The position numbers and the translations under genes were made by a program. Source: Octopus sinensis (lineage: Eukaryota). Taken from it: a DNA stretch of 64,000 nucleotides. Under the pieces are notes generated by a model that worked only from the letters and a program-made list of their open reading frames with translations, ran no database searches and was not told the origin of the DNA. The stretch is from assembly GCF_006345805.1 (NCBI RefSeq), contig NC_043007.1:45322001-45386000 (forward strand), read 5' to 3'. Shown piece after piece: positions 1 through 12,030 of the stretch; positions within the stretch are counted from its first letter, which is position 1; every line of letters starts with the position of its first letter.

Positions 1-344
<344 letters not shown>

Positions 345-1161
345 ACTGTGAAAATAATGACAGAACATTGCTCACTAATATAGAGAGTGTGCTTTATTGA
401 AGCTCAATTTCTATCTGCGATCTTCAGGCGGAAAACAGTTTTACACCGGAAAATTGCAATGGTTTATATCAGGAAACAATAAATTAGGAACTAGGGAATG
501 ACGAAAAAAATAGATTTAAAAAAAGGGAACAAGGAAAGGATTTCAAAAATATATTAAAGAATATTTTTGGGAAAAAATTCCATTGTGAATTCTCCGTAAC
601 AGACATCAAAGACGAATTAAAGCACAATGAAAACCAACAATACGCCAGAACTCTGAGCTACGAACGCAAAGTGTACGTTTTGTTAGAGCTAGACTGTCCC
701 AAATAATTACAAATGAAGAGAAATTCTTATGTTAAGTACACACTATATAATTTAATTTTCCAGTTTTGGGACAGGGCCAGCAATTTTGAAAGCTGTATAG
801 TTAGGCGACTAACTCAGTCAGATTACTTAACTGGAACAGGTGAGGATTGAATGCAAAGTTCACTCCGATGGAATCTGAAATCAAAATATAAAGAGAACAT
901 ATACCGTAAAGTATTACTTATGCTCTAACGATTCTGTCAGAATAAATAATCTGTGCGATAAAAAAATTGAGTCCATTAGGCTCGTGACCCTGTACTTTCC
1001 AAGCACGTGTGTATTAGTGTACGACTGTCTGATATATATATACAGGGGTAGGAGAAAATAATGGAAACATCTTAAAATTTCAAACAAATTTATTTTTAAT
1101 TATTTACATTATTTATATTATTTATATCTGACGGATATTTGTCCTCATCTTGTTCGTTGTT

Positions 1162-1207
1162 AACATAACGTTTCGGCTGATATACCATCCAGCCTTCATC
1201 GAATGTC
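1162..1207 (-). ncRNA. Minimal hammerhead-ribozyme-like motif (degenerate core)
   Basis: Minus strand reads GACAT-TCGATGA-A-GGCTGG(ATGGTATA)TCAGCC-GAAA-CGT-T-ATGTT: stem I GACAT/ATGTT, stem II, GAAA, palindromic ACGT stem III. Positions 3-4 of the core deviate from CUGANGA. Confidence 0.45.
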
Positions 1208-1386
1208 TTGGGGAAATTTCGAACCGGGTTCTCATTCCTAAGGTATTTTTCGATGTTATTATTATTATTATTATTATGATGATTATTATTATTATTCAGG
1301 TTACTGCCTGGAATCGAACACAGAATCTTGGGGTTAGAATCCCGCGCTCTTAACCCCAACATCCCGAGTCCGATTCCAGGCAGAGA

Positions 1387-1465
<79 letters not shown>

Positions 1466-1513
1466 ATCGAAAAATACCTTAGGAATGAGAACCCAGGTTC
1501 GAAATTTCCCCAT

Positions 1514-1559
1514 GACACCCGATGAAGGCTGGAGGGTATATCAGCCGATACGTTGTGTT
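1514..1559 (+). ncRNA. Minimal hammerhead-ribozyme-like motif (degenerate core)
   Basis: GACAC-CCGATGA-A-GGCTGG(AGGGTATA)TCAGCC-GATA-CGT-T-GTGTT. Stem I GACAC/GTGTT covaries with the other arm; GAAA has become GATA. Confidence 0.45.
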
Positions 1560-1639
1560 AACAACAAAAATGAGAACAAATATCCGTCAAATGTAAATAA
1601 TGTATATAATTACTCATCTCTTAAATATAGAGATGTAAA

Positions 1640-2542
1640 TTTATTTTAACAAAGGAATTTTTGTCCATCCTTCTGCTAAAAGAGTCTCCTGTCTTATAGT
1701 GATGTTGGTGGAGGATATCGACTCCTTAACTGTTTTTATGAATTGCACCATAAATGTTCATTAATATTGAGATCTGGGTAATGAGTTGGCCAGATAAGAT
1801 GTTCACTTGAACTTTCTTCGTGTCATTTAGTAACAACTTTAGCTGTGTGAAATGGTGCATAATTATCTTGTGTTTCACTCCTGAAACAGTTGCGCAACCA
1901 TAGGATGAATTTGATCAGACAAAATGCTTAAATAGTCTTGATTATTGGATTTCCAAAATATAGCCTCACCATCCAGATCATCACAGATTTTCCTCCATAT
2001 TTAACAGTTGGAAGAAGGCAGTCTGGGTCAAATGCTTCTTTCGGATGTCTCCACACGTGTACTCGGACTGTAGTCGGAAATAAGGTAAAGAATGAAACGT
2101 CCGGAAACATAACAATCTCCCACTGCTCTAGGGACCAAATCTGTAGGTTTTTACTCCACTTTAAATGCTTTTCAATTTTTGTTTTTGAAAGTAGTGGCTT
2201 TCTTATTGAAGCCCTCCCGTGAAATCTGGATTAGTGCAGCTCCCGGCAAACAGTTTTTGTTGAGACTGGGTTCTCGGGGTGGTCTTTAAGCTCTGCAGTA
2301 ATTTTGGGAGCTGTACTTTTCTGATCCTTTCTGACTACTCGCGTAAGAGTCCGACGGTCCCTATCAGAAAGTTTTGGTTTTCTTCTGGAGATTTGTTTCG
2401 ACGAGGAGGTTTTTCCCTCTTTCTCAAAGGCTATAATTACTTTCGAGACAGTACTTCTTGAAAGAGCAGACATTTCGTCTGTTTTCGTTACGGTAGCGCC
2501 TGCCATACGAGCCCCAACGATTTGACCTCTTTGAAAGTCCAA
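1640..2542 (-). pseudogene. Tc1 transposase relic (frameshifted)
   Basis: ORF 2231-2542 (FQRGQIVGARMAG...RKPKLSDRDRRTL...TVCRELH) is a Tc1 HTH region. ORF 1928-2110 (VWRHPKEAFDPDCLLPTVKYGGKSVMIW) is the catalytic region. QDNYAPFH-like and WP...DLN...EHLW-like remnants lie at about 1750-1870. Confidence 0.88.
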
Positions 2543-2945
2543 TAGATGTGTCCTTTTAATGAAATTTACTTTCCCTTTTCTGATGATATCTGAAAAGAAA
2601 CAGCAACTTTAACAAAACATAGGAACAACACTAATAATAAATCAAATACTTAAAAATAAACAAGCTTTTGATGGTTTTATAGATATTTCAAAATGATGCT
2701 GCTGTCATGCTAGGTGTTTCCATTACTTTACCCAACCCCTGTATATATATATATATATATCGTTATAATAAAGATAAAATGTATATAGAATTTTATCAAG
2801 TAGCTAGCATGTAAAAAAACATTTAGTTATAAATTCATACAGTGGTTTTTAATTTTATAAATGTAATTATGAAATTATAATTTGGCATTACTGAGTAATG
2901 CAACAAGATAGAAGAAGAAACCAAATGGCTCTAAAATTACCTTAT

Positions 2946-3275
2946 TTATCCCATAGACACGGACTGACAGTTAGAGAATGAACAAAAAAGATTTTTAAAA
3001 AGTTTAGCCATAGATCGGTTTCTAGTTTAGAGATGTAATACCACTTTGCTGTCTTCAGTATGACATAACCCAATGTAAATAATTATAAACATCTATACAT
3101 ACCATACGTATGTTCGTATGGTACGTATATATGTTTATAATTATGTACTTCCGTTTATGTCATAATGAGGACGGTGAAGTGGTATTACATCCCGAAACGA
3201 GAAAACGATCTATGGGTAAACTTTAAAAAATCTTGTCTGCTTATTCCCTCGCTCTAGCCTGTGTCTATGTGATAA
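2946..3275. mobile_element. ~330-bp fold-back / MITE-like palindrome
   Basis: Matching blocks across the centre (~3110): TTATC(C/A)CATAGACAC, CCATAGATCG/CGATCTATGG, GATGTAATACCACTT/AAGTGGTATTACATC, ATAATTATAAACAT/ATGTTTATAATTAT, TACCATACG/CGTATGGTA. Confidence 0.75.
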
Positions 3276-3374
3276 CATCTGGCTTCTTCTAGCATGAGTC
3301 ATTAGTCAGTAGTTGCCCATATCATTATAATTCTATAATTAAATTTATAAAATTGAATATTTGATATATATATA

Positions 3375-3708
3375 GGAGTGACTGTGTGGTAAGTAGCTTG
3401 CTCACCAGCCACATGGTTCCGGGTTCAGTCCCACTGCATGGCATCTTGGGCAAGTGTCTTCTTCAGAAGACACTTGCCCAAGATGCCAAGATATATGTAT
3501 GTGTGTGTGTTTGTCCCCCTAGCATTTCTTGACAACCGATGCTGGTGTGTTTACGTCCCCGTCACTTAGCGGTTCGGCAATAGAGACCGATAGAATAAGT
3601 ACTTGGCTTACAAAGAATAAGTCCCGGGGTCGATTTGCTCGACTAAAGGCGGTGCTCCAGCATGGCCGCAGTCAAATGACTGAAACAAGTAAAAGAGTAA
3701 AAGAGTAT
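3375..3708 (+). mobile_element. SINE family 1 copy with internal fold-back
   Basis: Family-1 head and tail (ending TGAAACAAGTAAAAGAGTAAAAGAG); the internal segment is replaced by a perfect 24-bp inverted repeat at 3439-3488. Confidence 0.88.
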
Positions 3709-3736
3709 ATATATACACACACCACACGCACACACA

Positions 3737-3774
<38 letters not shown>

Positions 3775-4550
3775 ACATATATATATACCAGAAGCGACTC
3801 CAGGTCGTCAATGTCAATCGGGCTCATCACAGATTTTGTATAAGATAAATGTCTGTTTCCGCTTTATTTCTCACTCACACAACTTATTTTTTATATCTAG
3901 CATTATCTCTTTCTCCATTTGTAAGTTAAGTGTAAAAATAAAACAACCCTGCAAAACACTACTGATCTTTACACACAGACGCACAGAATAACACCAATCA
4001 ACTAACGACAGCAGAGTGCACAACAAACATCAGTAATCTGACAGTGGGCTGTACTCTTGATAAGAGATGCTAGTTAGTTTTTACACCTACGAGGCTCGTT
4101 CCTACCAACCCAAACTGCTAGATAATTTTTCGTTCCGTTAATTGTAGAACGGAAACTTTGTATTGATTGGAATTTAACTCCTAATCTCTATAGAAATTTA
4201 TTGTTTGAAGAAAACAGTGAATTTGAATTACTTTTAATTTTTACGATTATAGATAATAACTCGGGCTGTAACTTTTGCGCCTGACTCAAGAATGTGTGAG
4301 CGATGTCGAGAGTACGTCTACTACGATTGATATTTTTTGATACAGGGTACTTCTAAGACGACCGCTAGACGCTGAACGAAAATAAATGAACTGCAACCAG
4401 TCTCAATAAAAGGAAACCTGGGTCATTGGCTGCAATTACTTACTTGATGTCAGTGTTGGCAGAAATTAAATCAGCTTGCAATACACGTGCACTTTTTAAA
4501 ATTTATACTCGGGCTAAGAGCGAACAGTCCGAGTGCCCGAGTCGCCAATG

Positions 4551-4592
<42 letters not shown>

Positions 4593-5344
4593 CTGTTTAG
4601 CATTTTGCTCGGCGTGCTAACGATTCTGCCAGCTCGCTATCTTAATCACTCGATTATATTGATGGCAGGTTTTTTTTCCTGTCCGAAGATCATAAGAAAA
4701 TGCAGATGCCCCCCTCAAGCTGCTTTGTAAACCTATATTTGTTGCTGAAGGGCTATTTCTCCCAGCCTACACTTAATAGTTTATAGTGAGAGTCAGTCCG
4801 AACAATCCGATTCCATTCTTTAGACTTGGAGGACTGATCACAGTAGTTCAGTGAACTAAGACGCCAGCAGTGACCAGCAAGCTGCAGGTTTTACATTAGA
4901 GTGCCCTTCTCCTAGATAAAATGTTTTAGAGGGCTAAAGATCCCTCGAAGGGAGTTAAAGAGTGCACCGGACCAGACGAGAGACTCTACTCTTCGAATTA
5001 GTGTTGAGGTTAACTCTCCTATCACGTTTATATAATAAAACTAATATAGAATGTAAACTACACAAACAGATACTATATACAGAAAACGAATTATGTAAGG
5101 ACATACAAATACAGGCAAATAATAAGAATTTTAAAAATGCACACAAACCATATTCCACAAAACAAAACATTCGAACCACTTTGATAATTTCAGAAAAGAA
5201 CGAAAACCAAATTCCACATCAAAGATTTAAAAAAAGTGATGTTGCATAAATGATGCATAAGTGATGCTCATATAATGATAGACGCTTCCTCATACAATGA
5301 CGCACAAGTCCCATCAACAAGGAAGTGTATATAGAAGTGTATGG

Positions 5345-5715
5345 GTGATAGTGGTGGTGGTAGTAGTAATAGTAATGGTGGTGATAGTAATAATAGTAGT
5401 GGTTGTGGAAGTGGTAGTAGTAGTACCTGTGGTGATAGTTGTGTTGGTGGCAATAATAGTAATAATTGTTGTAGTGGTGGGTATTGAAGTGGTGAAAGTT
5501 ATGCTGGTGGTGGTAGTAATAATACAAGTAGCGTTGTTGGTAGTGGTAATATTAGTAGTAGCGTTAGTGGCAATATTAGTACTAGCAGTAGTGGTGGTTG
5601 TACAAGTAGTAGTAGTGGTTGTGGCAGTAGTAATAGTGGTCGTGACGGTGGTATTATTATTACTATTAGTGGTGGTGGTGGTGGTAATAGTAATAGTAGT
5701 AGTTGTAGTAGTAAG
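5345..5715. repeat. Mixed (GTA/GTG/GTT)n trinucleotide low-complexity tract
   Basis: Directly visible; it generates the spurious poly-V and poly-T ORFs. Confidence 0.95.
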
Positions 5716-6574
5716 ATTAATATGGTACCTCCAAGGATCAGAGAGAGAGGCAGAGGATTGACCTGAAATTTCAAGACTAACCATTTGTGAATAGTTAATT
5801 TAACAGGTCAATAGATTTACTGTTAGTGCATCTTAGGTTATGCATGTCAGGCATATATTATTCCGCCCAGCAAGATAAGGAGACACTTGGCAATTACACA
5901 ATGCTCCTGTTCCCAATCATATTAAGTATAGTAGCTCAGAGATAAGTAGTCACAAACCAAAACAAAAAAAAAAGAATGAAAAAAAGTGAAAAAAAAAACC
6001 ACCACAGAAATGTAGTTTTCAGGCAAATACGTTCTGGCCAATTACACAAGTAGTCGACTAAATTCGTTATATCATACATACATACATACATACATACATA
6101 CATACACACATACATACATACATACATACACACATACATACATACATACAAACATACAAACATACATGCATATAAACATACGTACATACATACGTACATA
6201 CAAACATACATACATACATCTGTAAAACTTTGCTGAAGTTTATGCTTTAAGTGTGTAGGCGCATGTCTGGACATGCAACTGTATGCATGAGAATATATAC
6301 ACATAACACAAAACCTAAAAAGCTGCAAAAGTAGTGAATCTAAACACTGTACATCTACATACAAAAATACCCTGAAGATATTTCAGGAGTCTTGGATGTA
6401 GGTTAGAAATCGATTCTTTCTCTATTGGCAAGAAATCTTGAACTAAAACGGAATAATGACATACATACGTACATACATTCATACTTACATACATGCATTC
6501 ATGCATGAATATATACGTGCTGTTTATATACGATAAGAAACAATATTGACTTGTAACTGTGTAATATACCCGGT

Positions 6575-6890
6575 ATGGAGGTGCAATGGCCCAGGGGTTA
6601 GGGCAGCGGACTCGTGGTCGGAGGATCGCAGTTTCGATTCCCAGACCGGGTGTTGTGTGTGCTTATTGAGCGAAAACACCTAAAGCTCCTAAAGCTCTAC
6701 GAGACTCCGGCAGGTGGTGGTGGCGATCCCTGTAGTACTCTTTCGCCCCAACTTTCTTGAGTAACGCTGCGATGGACTGGCATCGCGTCCAGCTGGGTGG
6801 GGTGGGTGGAGGGAACACATACTCTACAGAAACCGGGAAACCGGGTCCATGAATCTGGCTAGGCGTGAAAAGGGGGCATAAATAAAAAAA
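6575..6890 (+). mobile_element. tRNA-derived SINE, family 4, with V-domain-like 3' module
   Basis: A-box-like TGGCCCAGGGG, B-box-like GTTTCGATTCC, module CTGCGATGGACTGGCATCGCGTCCAG (6767-6793), then GAAACCGGGAAACC and an A-rich end. A second head copy is at 28783. Confidence 0.75.
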
Positions 6891-7069
6891 ATATACCCGG
6901 TAGTATATTATGATTGCAAAGTGAAATATTGAATTGTGTGTCCTTGCCGGCAATTAATATACATACATACACAAACGCACATATATATAGATATACATAT
7001 ATATGTGTATAAGTATATAAACATGTGTCTATACACACATAAATACATAAATACATTTCAATGGCCATA

Positions 7070-7468
7070 GACTTTGGGCAAAGAATCTTGCTTCCCAGCC
7101 ATATGGTGACGGGTTCAGTCCCACTGCGTGGCACCTTGTGTGAGTATATTCTGCTTATAGTCTCGGGTCAACCAAACTTTGTGAGTGGATTTGGTAGACG
7201 GAAACTGAGGGAAACCCGTCATACTTATATGTACATGTGTACGTGTGTTTGTCTTTATGTCTGCATTTGACTTCTCTCCCCTGATCACCGCTGAACAACC
7301 GTTGTTGGTACATTTACATCCCGTAACTTAGCGGTTCGCCAAAACGGGTCTATAGAATAAGTATCAGGCTTAAAAGAAGTCGTATGATCGATTAATTCGA
7401 CTAATACTTTTCAAGGCGGTGCCCCAGCATGAACGCAGTCTACTTACTGGATCAAGCAAAAGATAAAA
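7070..7468 (+). mobile_element. SINE family 1 (diverged)
   Basis: GGTTCAGTCCCACTGCGTGGCACC head, GTAACTTAGCGGTTCG middle module, AAGGCGGTGCCCCAGCATG tail. Confidence 0.8.
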
Positions 7469-7485
7469 TTTATAAGTTATATATA

Positions 7486-7518
<33 letters not shown>

Positions 7519-7571
7519 ACTTATAACAAAGGACAAGAGACTCGGGCATAGCAGTTATGAAATCTAAAATA

Positions 7572-7625
<54 letters not shown>

Positions 7626-7779
7626 ATGTGTGCGTATTGTGTGTGTGCCTATTTATGTCCATATGTGTGCACTACACACACACAAACACACATACACACA
7701 TACGCATGAATATACATGCAAATATAAGTGTAATATTTAACGCCCCTCTTCCGTCACGAATAACGATTGAATTGTACCT

Positions 7780-8075
7780 AGAAAGTTACCCTCCGACACA
7801 CAAGTCCATGCAAGGCTGTTTACGGAAGATCAGCAGTCGTCGATGTATACCAGCCTACCCTCTCCACGCCATTGCTGTTATCCAAGAGAAAGGCAAAGGC
7901 CGATACAGCTTGGCACCAGTGACGTCGCAACTCATTCCTACAGCTGAGTTAACTGGAGTAGCGTGAAATAAAGTGTCTTGCTCAAGAACATAATGTATAG
8001 CCTGGTCGGGGAATTGAACTCACTACCTCATGATTGTGAGCCCAATGCTCTAACCACTGAGTCATGCAGCTTCAT
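7780..8075 (-). mobile_element. tRNA/CORE-like SINE, family 3
   Basis: Reverse complement matches the 60605-60945 copy (GTTCTTGAGCAAGACACTTTATTTCAC...GGTGCCAAGCTGTATC...GGGTAACTTTCTAGGT). Confidence 0.8.
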
Positions 8076-8661
8076 ATGCCAATATACTCGGTATCATCCA
8101 CACTATCTATTTGTATGTGAGTTTGTGTGTGTGTAAGTGTGTGTGGTGACACATTCATAAAGATTTGTGTGTTCGTATGTATGCCTAAGTGTGCATCTCA
8201 TTGTGTAACCCGTACATGTTAATAGCGCAACTCTACTGCTGCGCATCGTACCGTCAAATAGTAACCATGTTAACGGAAGCAAACCCTTTCTCAGTTTGAT
8301 CAGCGAACAACTCACACACCACTATCGACTTTCAAACTCACAAGTATGTTGCGTATTTATACATATATACATATGTTACACATACATCATCATCAACAGG
8401 GCCATGTTTTTATACATGTTTGGGTCACTGTATTTCCAGGTGATTTACCTAACAGTAAAATATATTTACTTCCCCTTCGTTTTAAAATAGCGAATACATT
8501 TCCAATTTCACCGGTGAGATTCTTTGACATTCATGCAAGTGAATCTAGAATATATGACGAAGTTCTTTACTCTCACACTTACGATATATATATATAAACT
8601 TCTATACATATATTCATATAAGTAGCTACATACACATATCTAGATATTTACATGGTTTCTT

Positions 8662-8696
<35 letters not shown>

Positions 8697-8994
8697 TAAG
8701 GTAATGGTGTCAGGTAATGCTGAATAAGTACTATTGATAGACCATAGTTAAATTCCAGGTCCGGTGATTTTGCGAAGTTGGTCAAATGTCAGCTTGTGTA
8801 TATAAGAATTTTTTTGCATAATGCGATAAAACACCAAAGCTGTATAGATATTAGAACATTTATAGATAGAAGGTCTTTCTATAAATGTTATAATATCTAT
8901 ACAGCCTTGGTTTTATATCTCATTATACCAAAAATTCTTATATATATATCAATAAAAATAAATGTTTCCTCCTCGAGCCATGCCAAACTCAAAA

Positions 8995-9205
8995 GGGAAG
9001 GTTTCCCGGTTTCAGTGGCGTATAAATTACCCCACCTGGATGGGACGCCGATCCGTCGCAGGATTACTCATTTTTACCAGCTGAGTGAACTGGAGCAACA
9101 TGAAGTGTTTTGCTCAAGAACACAACTTATTGTCCGGTCCAGGAATCGAAACCACAATCTAACGATCACGAATCAGGAATCCTAACCATTAAGCCACGTC
9201 CCCTC
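8995..9205 (-). mobile_element. tRNA/CORE-like SINE head joined to V-domain-like tail
   Basis: Revcomp reads head, then GTGTTCTTGAGCAAAACACTT...CTCCAGTTCACTCAGCTGGTAAAAATGAGTAA, then CCTGCGACGGATCGGCGTCCCATCCAG...GAAACCGGGAAACC. Confidence 0.75.
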
Positions 9206-10239
9206 CCTCTCTCTCTCTGCATATATGTGTATATTAATATATATTATATATATATATTATATATATATATAGATATATATATATATTATATATTTATATA
9301 TAATTATATATATTATATGATATTATATACACACACTTAATTTTATTACAATGCCAGCAATTTTGGAGGCCGGAAGAAATGGATCACCTGAAACCCTAGT
9401 GGGTAATTGGTACTTTTTATCCACCCAGAACGGATGAAACAGAAAGTCAACCTCGGCTGAATTTGAACTCACTCACACATACACACAGACGCACACACAA
9501 TAAACATGCACGTATACATACACAAGTATTAGTATAAAGATAGGTATGTCCATGCACAATATGTACATACATACACATATGCAAACATACATACAGAGCA
9601 TTTCACGAATATAAGCAAAAGATACAGGAAGAAAACTAAATAATATACAATCTTAGGTAATTTAAAACAGCACACGAGAGAAAAGGTTACACAGACGATA
9701 AGATTTTGTACTTGATTTTTGATTTATTATCTGGGAAAAAAAGGTATATGAATGAAACAAGAATCTATTCGTAAATGAACGCTTATATTTGGAAGATTTT
9801 CAAACTAATTCGAGATATATCAAGTTGTTCTTATTTACTACAAGTAGACGTTCTTAATGGTACTGCTATCAAAACGGATTCGCTTTCGAAAACAAAATTC
9901 CGGACTGATACTTGAAAGATGTATCGGCGTGTTTGGTTTGTCAGTTATTTTTCTTTTCTTTCTTTTTTCTTTTCATTCAGGACGGACAGCTAAGGTTATG
10001 CTATCTGAGATTGCATATGGGAACACATCTTTTCTCTTCAGTTTCTATATATTTTTCTCAATAAACTTATATGTCTAAACTTTACTTTAATTCTATGTTT
10101 ACTTTCTAAAGATTCAAACGATATCCAAGCACAAACTTAAAATAGTTTTTTTTCACATACCAGACTGTGGAAAGTCTCATACTCGGTTTACTTTATATAG
10201 AGAGAGAATTCAAAAAACAAAACAAAACAAAAACAAAGC

Positions 10240-10644
<405 letters not shown>

Positions 10645-10889
10645 CCTTTCTGTCTGAGTTTGTACTCCCCATCACTGTTGGTGTGTTCTACATTCCCGTC
10701 ACCTAGCGGTTCGACAGAAAACACAGATAAAGATAAATATTAGGATGCCAAAAAAGACCTGGGATTGATTTGCTCGGGGTAACGCCCTTCAATGCAGTGC
10801 TGCAACATGGGCGCAGTGAAATGATTCAAGCAAGTTAAAGAATAAAAGCAAGAATATGTATATACATACAAATGAAAAAAAAAAATATA

Positions 10890-11100
10890 TATAGTTAATC
10901 CAAACATGAACAAAGTGAGAACACAACAACGCGAGGACATGGAACAAGGATAGTGTTATTTATTGGACGCTTAGGAAATGAAAGAAAGAAGGAGGATGTA
11001 ACGTTTCGAGCGGAGCTCTTCGTCAGAAATATAGAAAAAAGGAAAAGTCCAAGGAAGGGAAGACTGAAAAAGAAAATCGTCAACGATACACACGCGGTCA
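10890..11100 (-). mobile_element. Short microsatellite-flanked repeat (family B)
   Basis: Second copy at 16700-16920 (AGTTAATCCAAACATGAA...CAACAACGCGAGGAC...GAGCGGAGCTCTTCGTCAGAAA...CAACGATACA). Both lie between (TA)n and (CA)n. Confidence 0.75.
10997..11030 (-). ncRNA. Minimal hammerhead-ribozyme-like motif, canonical core
   Basis: Minus strand ATTT-CTGACGA-A-GAGC(TCC)GCTC-GAAA-CGT-T-ACA has the full CUGANGA/GAAA core and a GUH triplet. Stem I is weak in this copy. Confidence 0.55.
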
Positions 11101-11399
11101 CACACACACACACACGCGCGCGCGCACACACACACATGCGCACACACACACCACACATATATATATATAAAGATGTGCATCCTTCTAAATAATGGTATTA
11201 CGCCCTTTTCACCTGGAATTGCTTTCCCTTCTGATCTTGTACCCTCCCTTCAAAGAACTCTTGGGACCGCCTGATGGCCATTGCCTGTCATAAGAATGAA
11301 TTTGTTCAAATTGATAGAATTATAGGCGAAAATACTTTGATGTCAGGCCTTTTGTAACGAAGAATTATATATATATATATATATATATACTTGAAATTT

Positions 11400-11853
11400 A
11401 TAGAAAAAACAGAAGAGGAAAGATGTGTATGAACAACAAGCAAGTGTATTTGTTTGACGCGCTGGAAAAGGAAAAAGTATTTTACGTTCGGAGCCTGCGC
11501 TCTTCAACACAAAGGAATAAGAAGAAATAAACACAGGGAGAATGAAAAAATACTTGTAGAATCCAGCGGTTCAGCATGGCAAATGAATAAATAAATAAAT
11601 ACACACACACACACACACACACACACATATTCGTACATGTGCGTGTGTGTGTGAGTGTGTTTGTGTGTATGAATATATGTGTGTGCGTTCGCGTTTATGC
11701 GTATATACATACATATATCAACATACGGTTATATCTGACGTACAATGCAGAAATCTGAAATAATAGTTCCAAATTTTAGCTCAAACCCAATAGATTCGGT
11801 GAGGATGTGGAGGTTTAATCTAATTACATCGACCCCAGTGATCAACTGGTACT

Positions 11854-11894
<41 letters not shown>

Positions 11895-12030
11895 TTGAAT
11901 TTTATAGAAAAACAGAAGACGAAAGAGGTGTATGGACAATACGCAAATGTATTAGTTTGACGCACGGGAAAAGGAAAAGTCTTTTACGTTTGGAGCCTAC
12001 GCTCTTTCACAGAAAGGAATAATGAAAGGT
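11400..12030 (-). mobile_element. Two further family-C-related repeats (11400-11585, 11890-12030), each next to (TA)n
   Basis: Both begin TATACTTGAA(A)TTTATAGAAAAA(A)CAGAAGA and carry GAGCCT(A/G)CGCTCTT, the stem-II signature. Confidence 0.7.

Larger units (their letters stand above)
1098..1611. mobile_element. Palindromic (head-to-head) tRNA-headed short element with internal (AAT)n/(AAC)n, nested in Tc1
   Basis: 1098-1296 is the imperfect reverse complement of 1391-1611. The centre 1297-1390 is itself inverted and holds B-box-like GAGTCCGATTCCA and revcomp GTTCGATTCCA. Confidence 0.8.
1043..2741 (-). mobile_element. Degenerate Tc1-family DNA transposon
   Basis: Imperfect ~30-bp TIRs: CAGGGGTAGGAGAAAATAATGGAAACATCT (1043-1072) and revcomp of 2712-2741 CAGGGGTTGGGTAAAGTAATGGAAACACCT. 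Both are flanked by TA, and transposase fragments lie inside. Confidence 0.9.
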
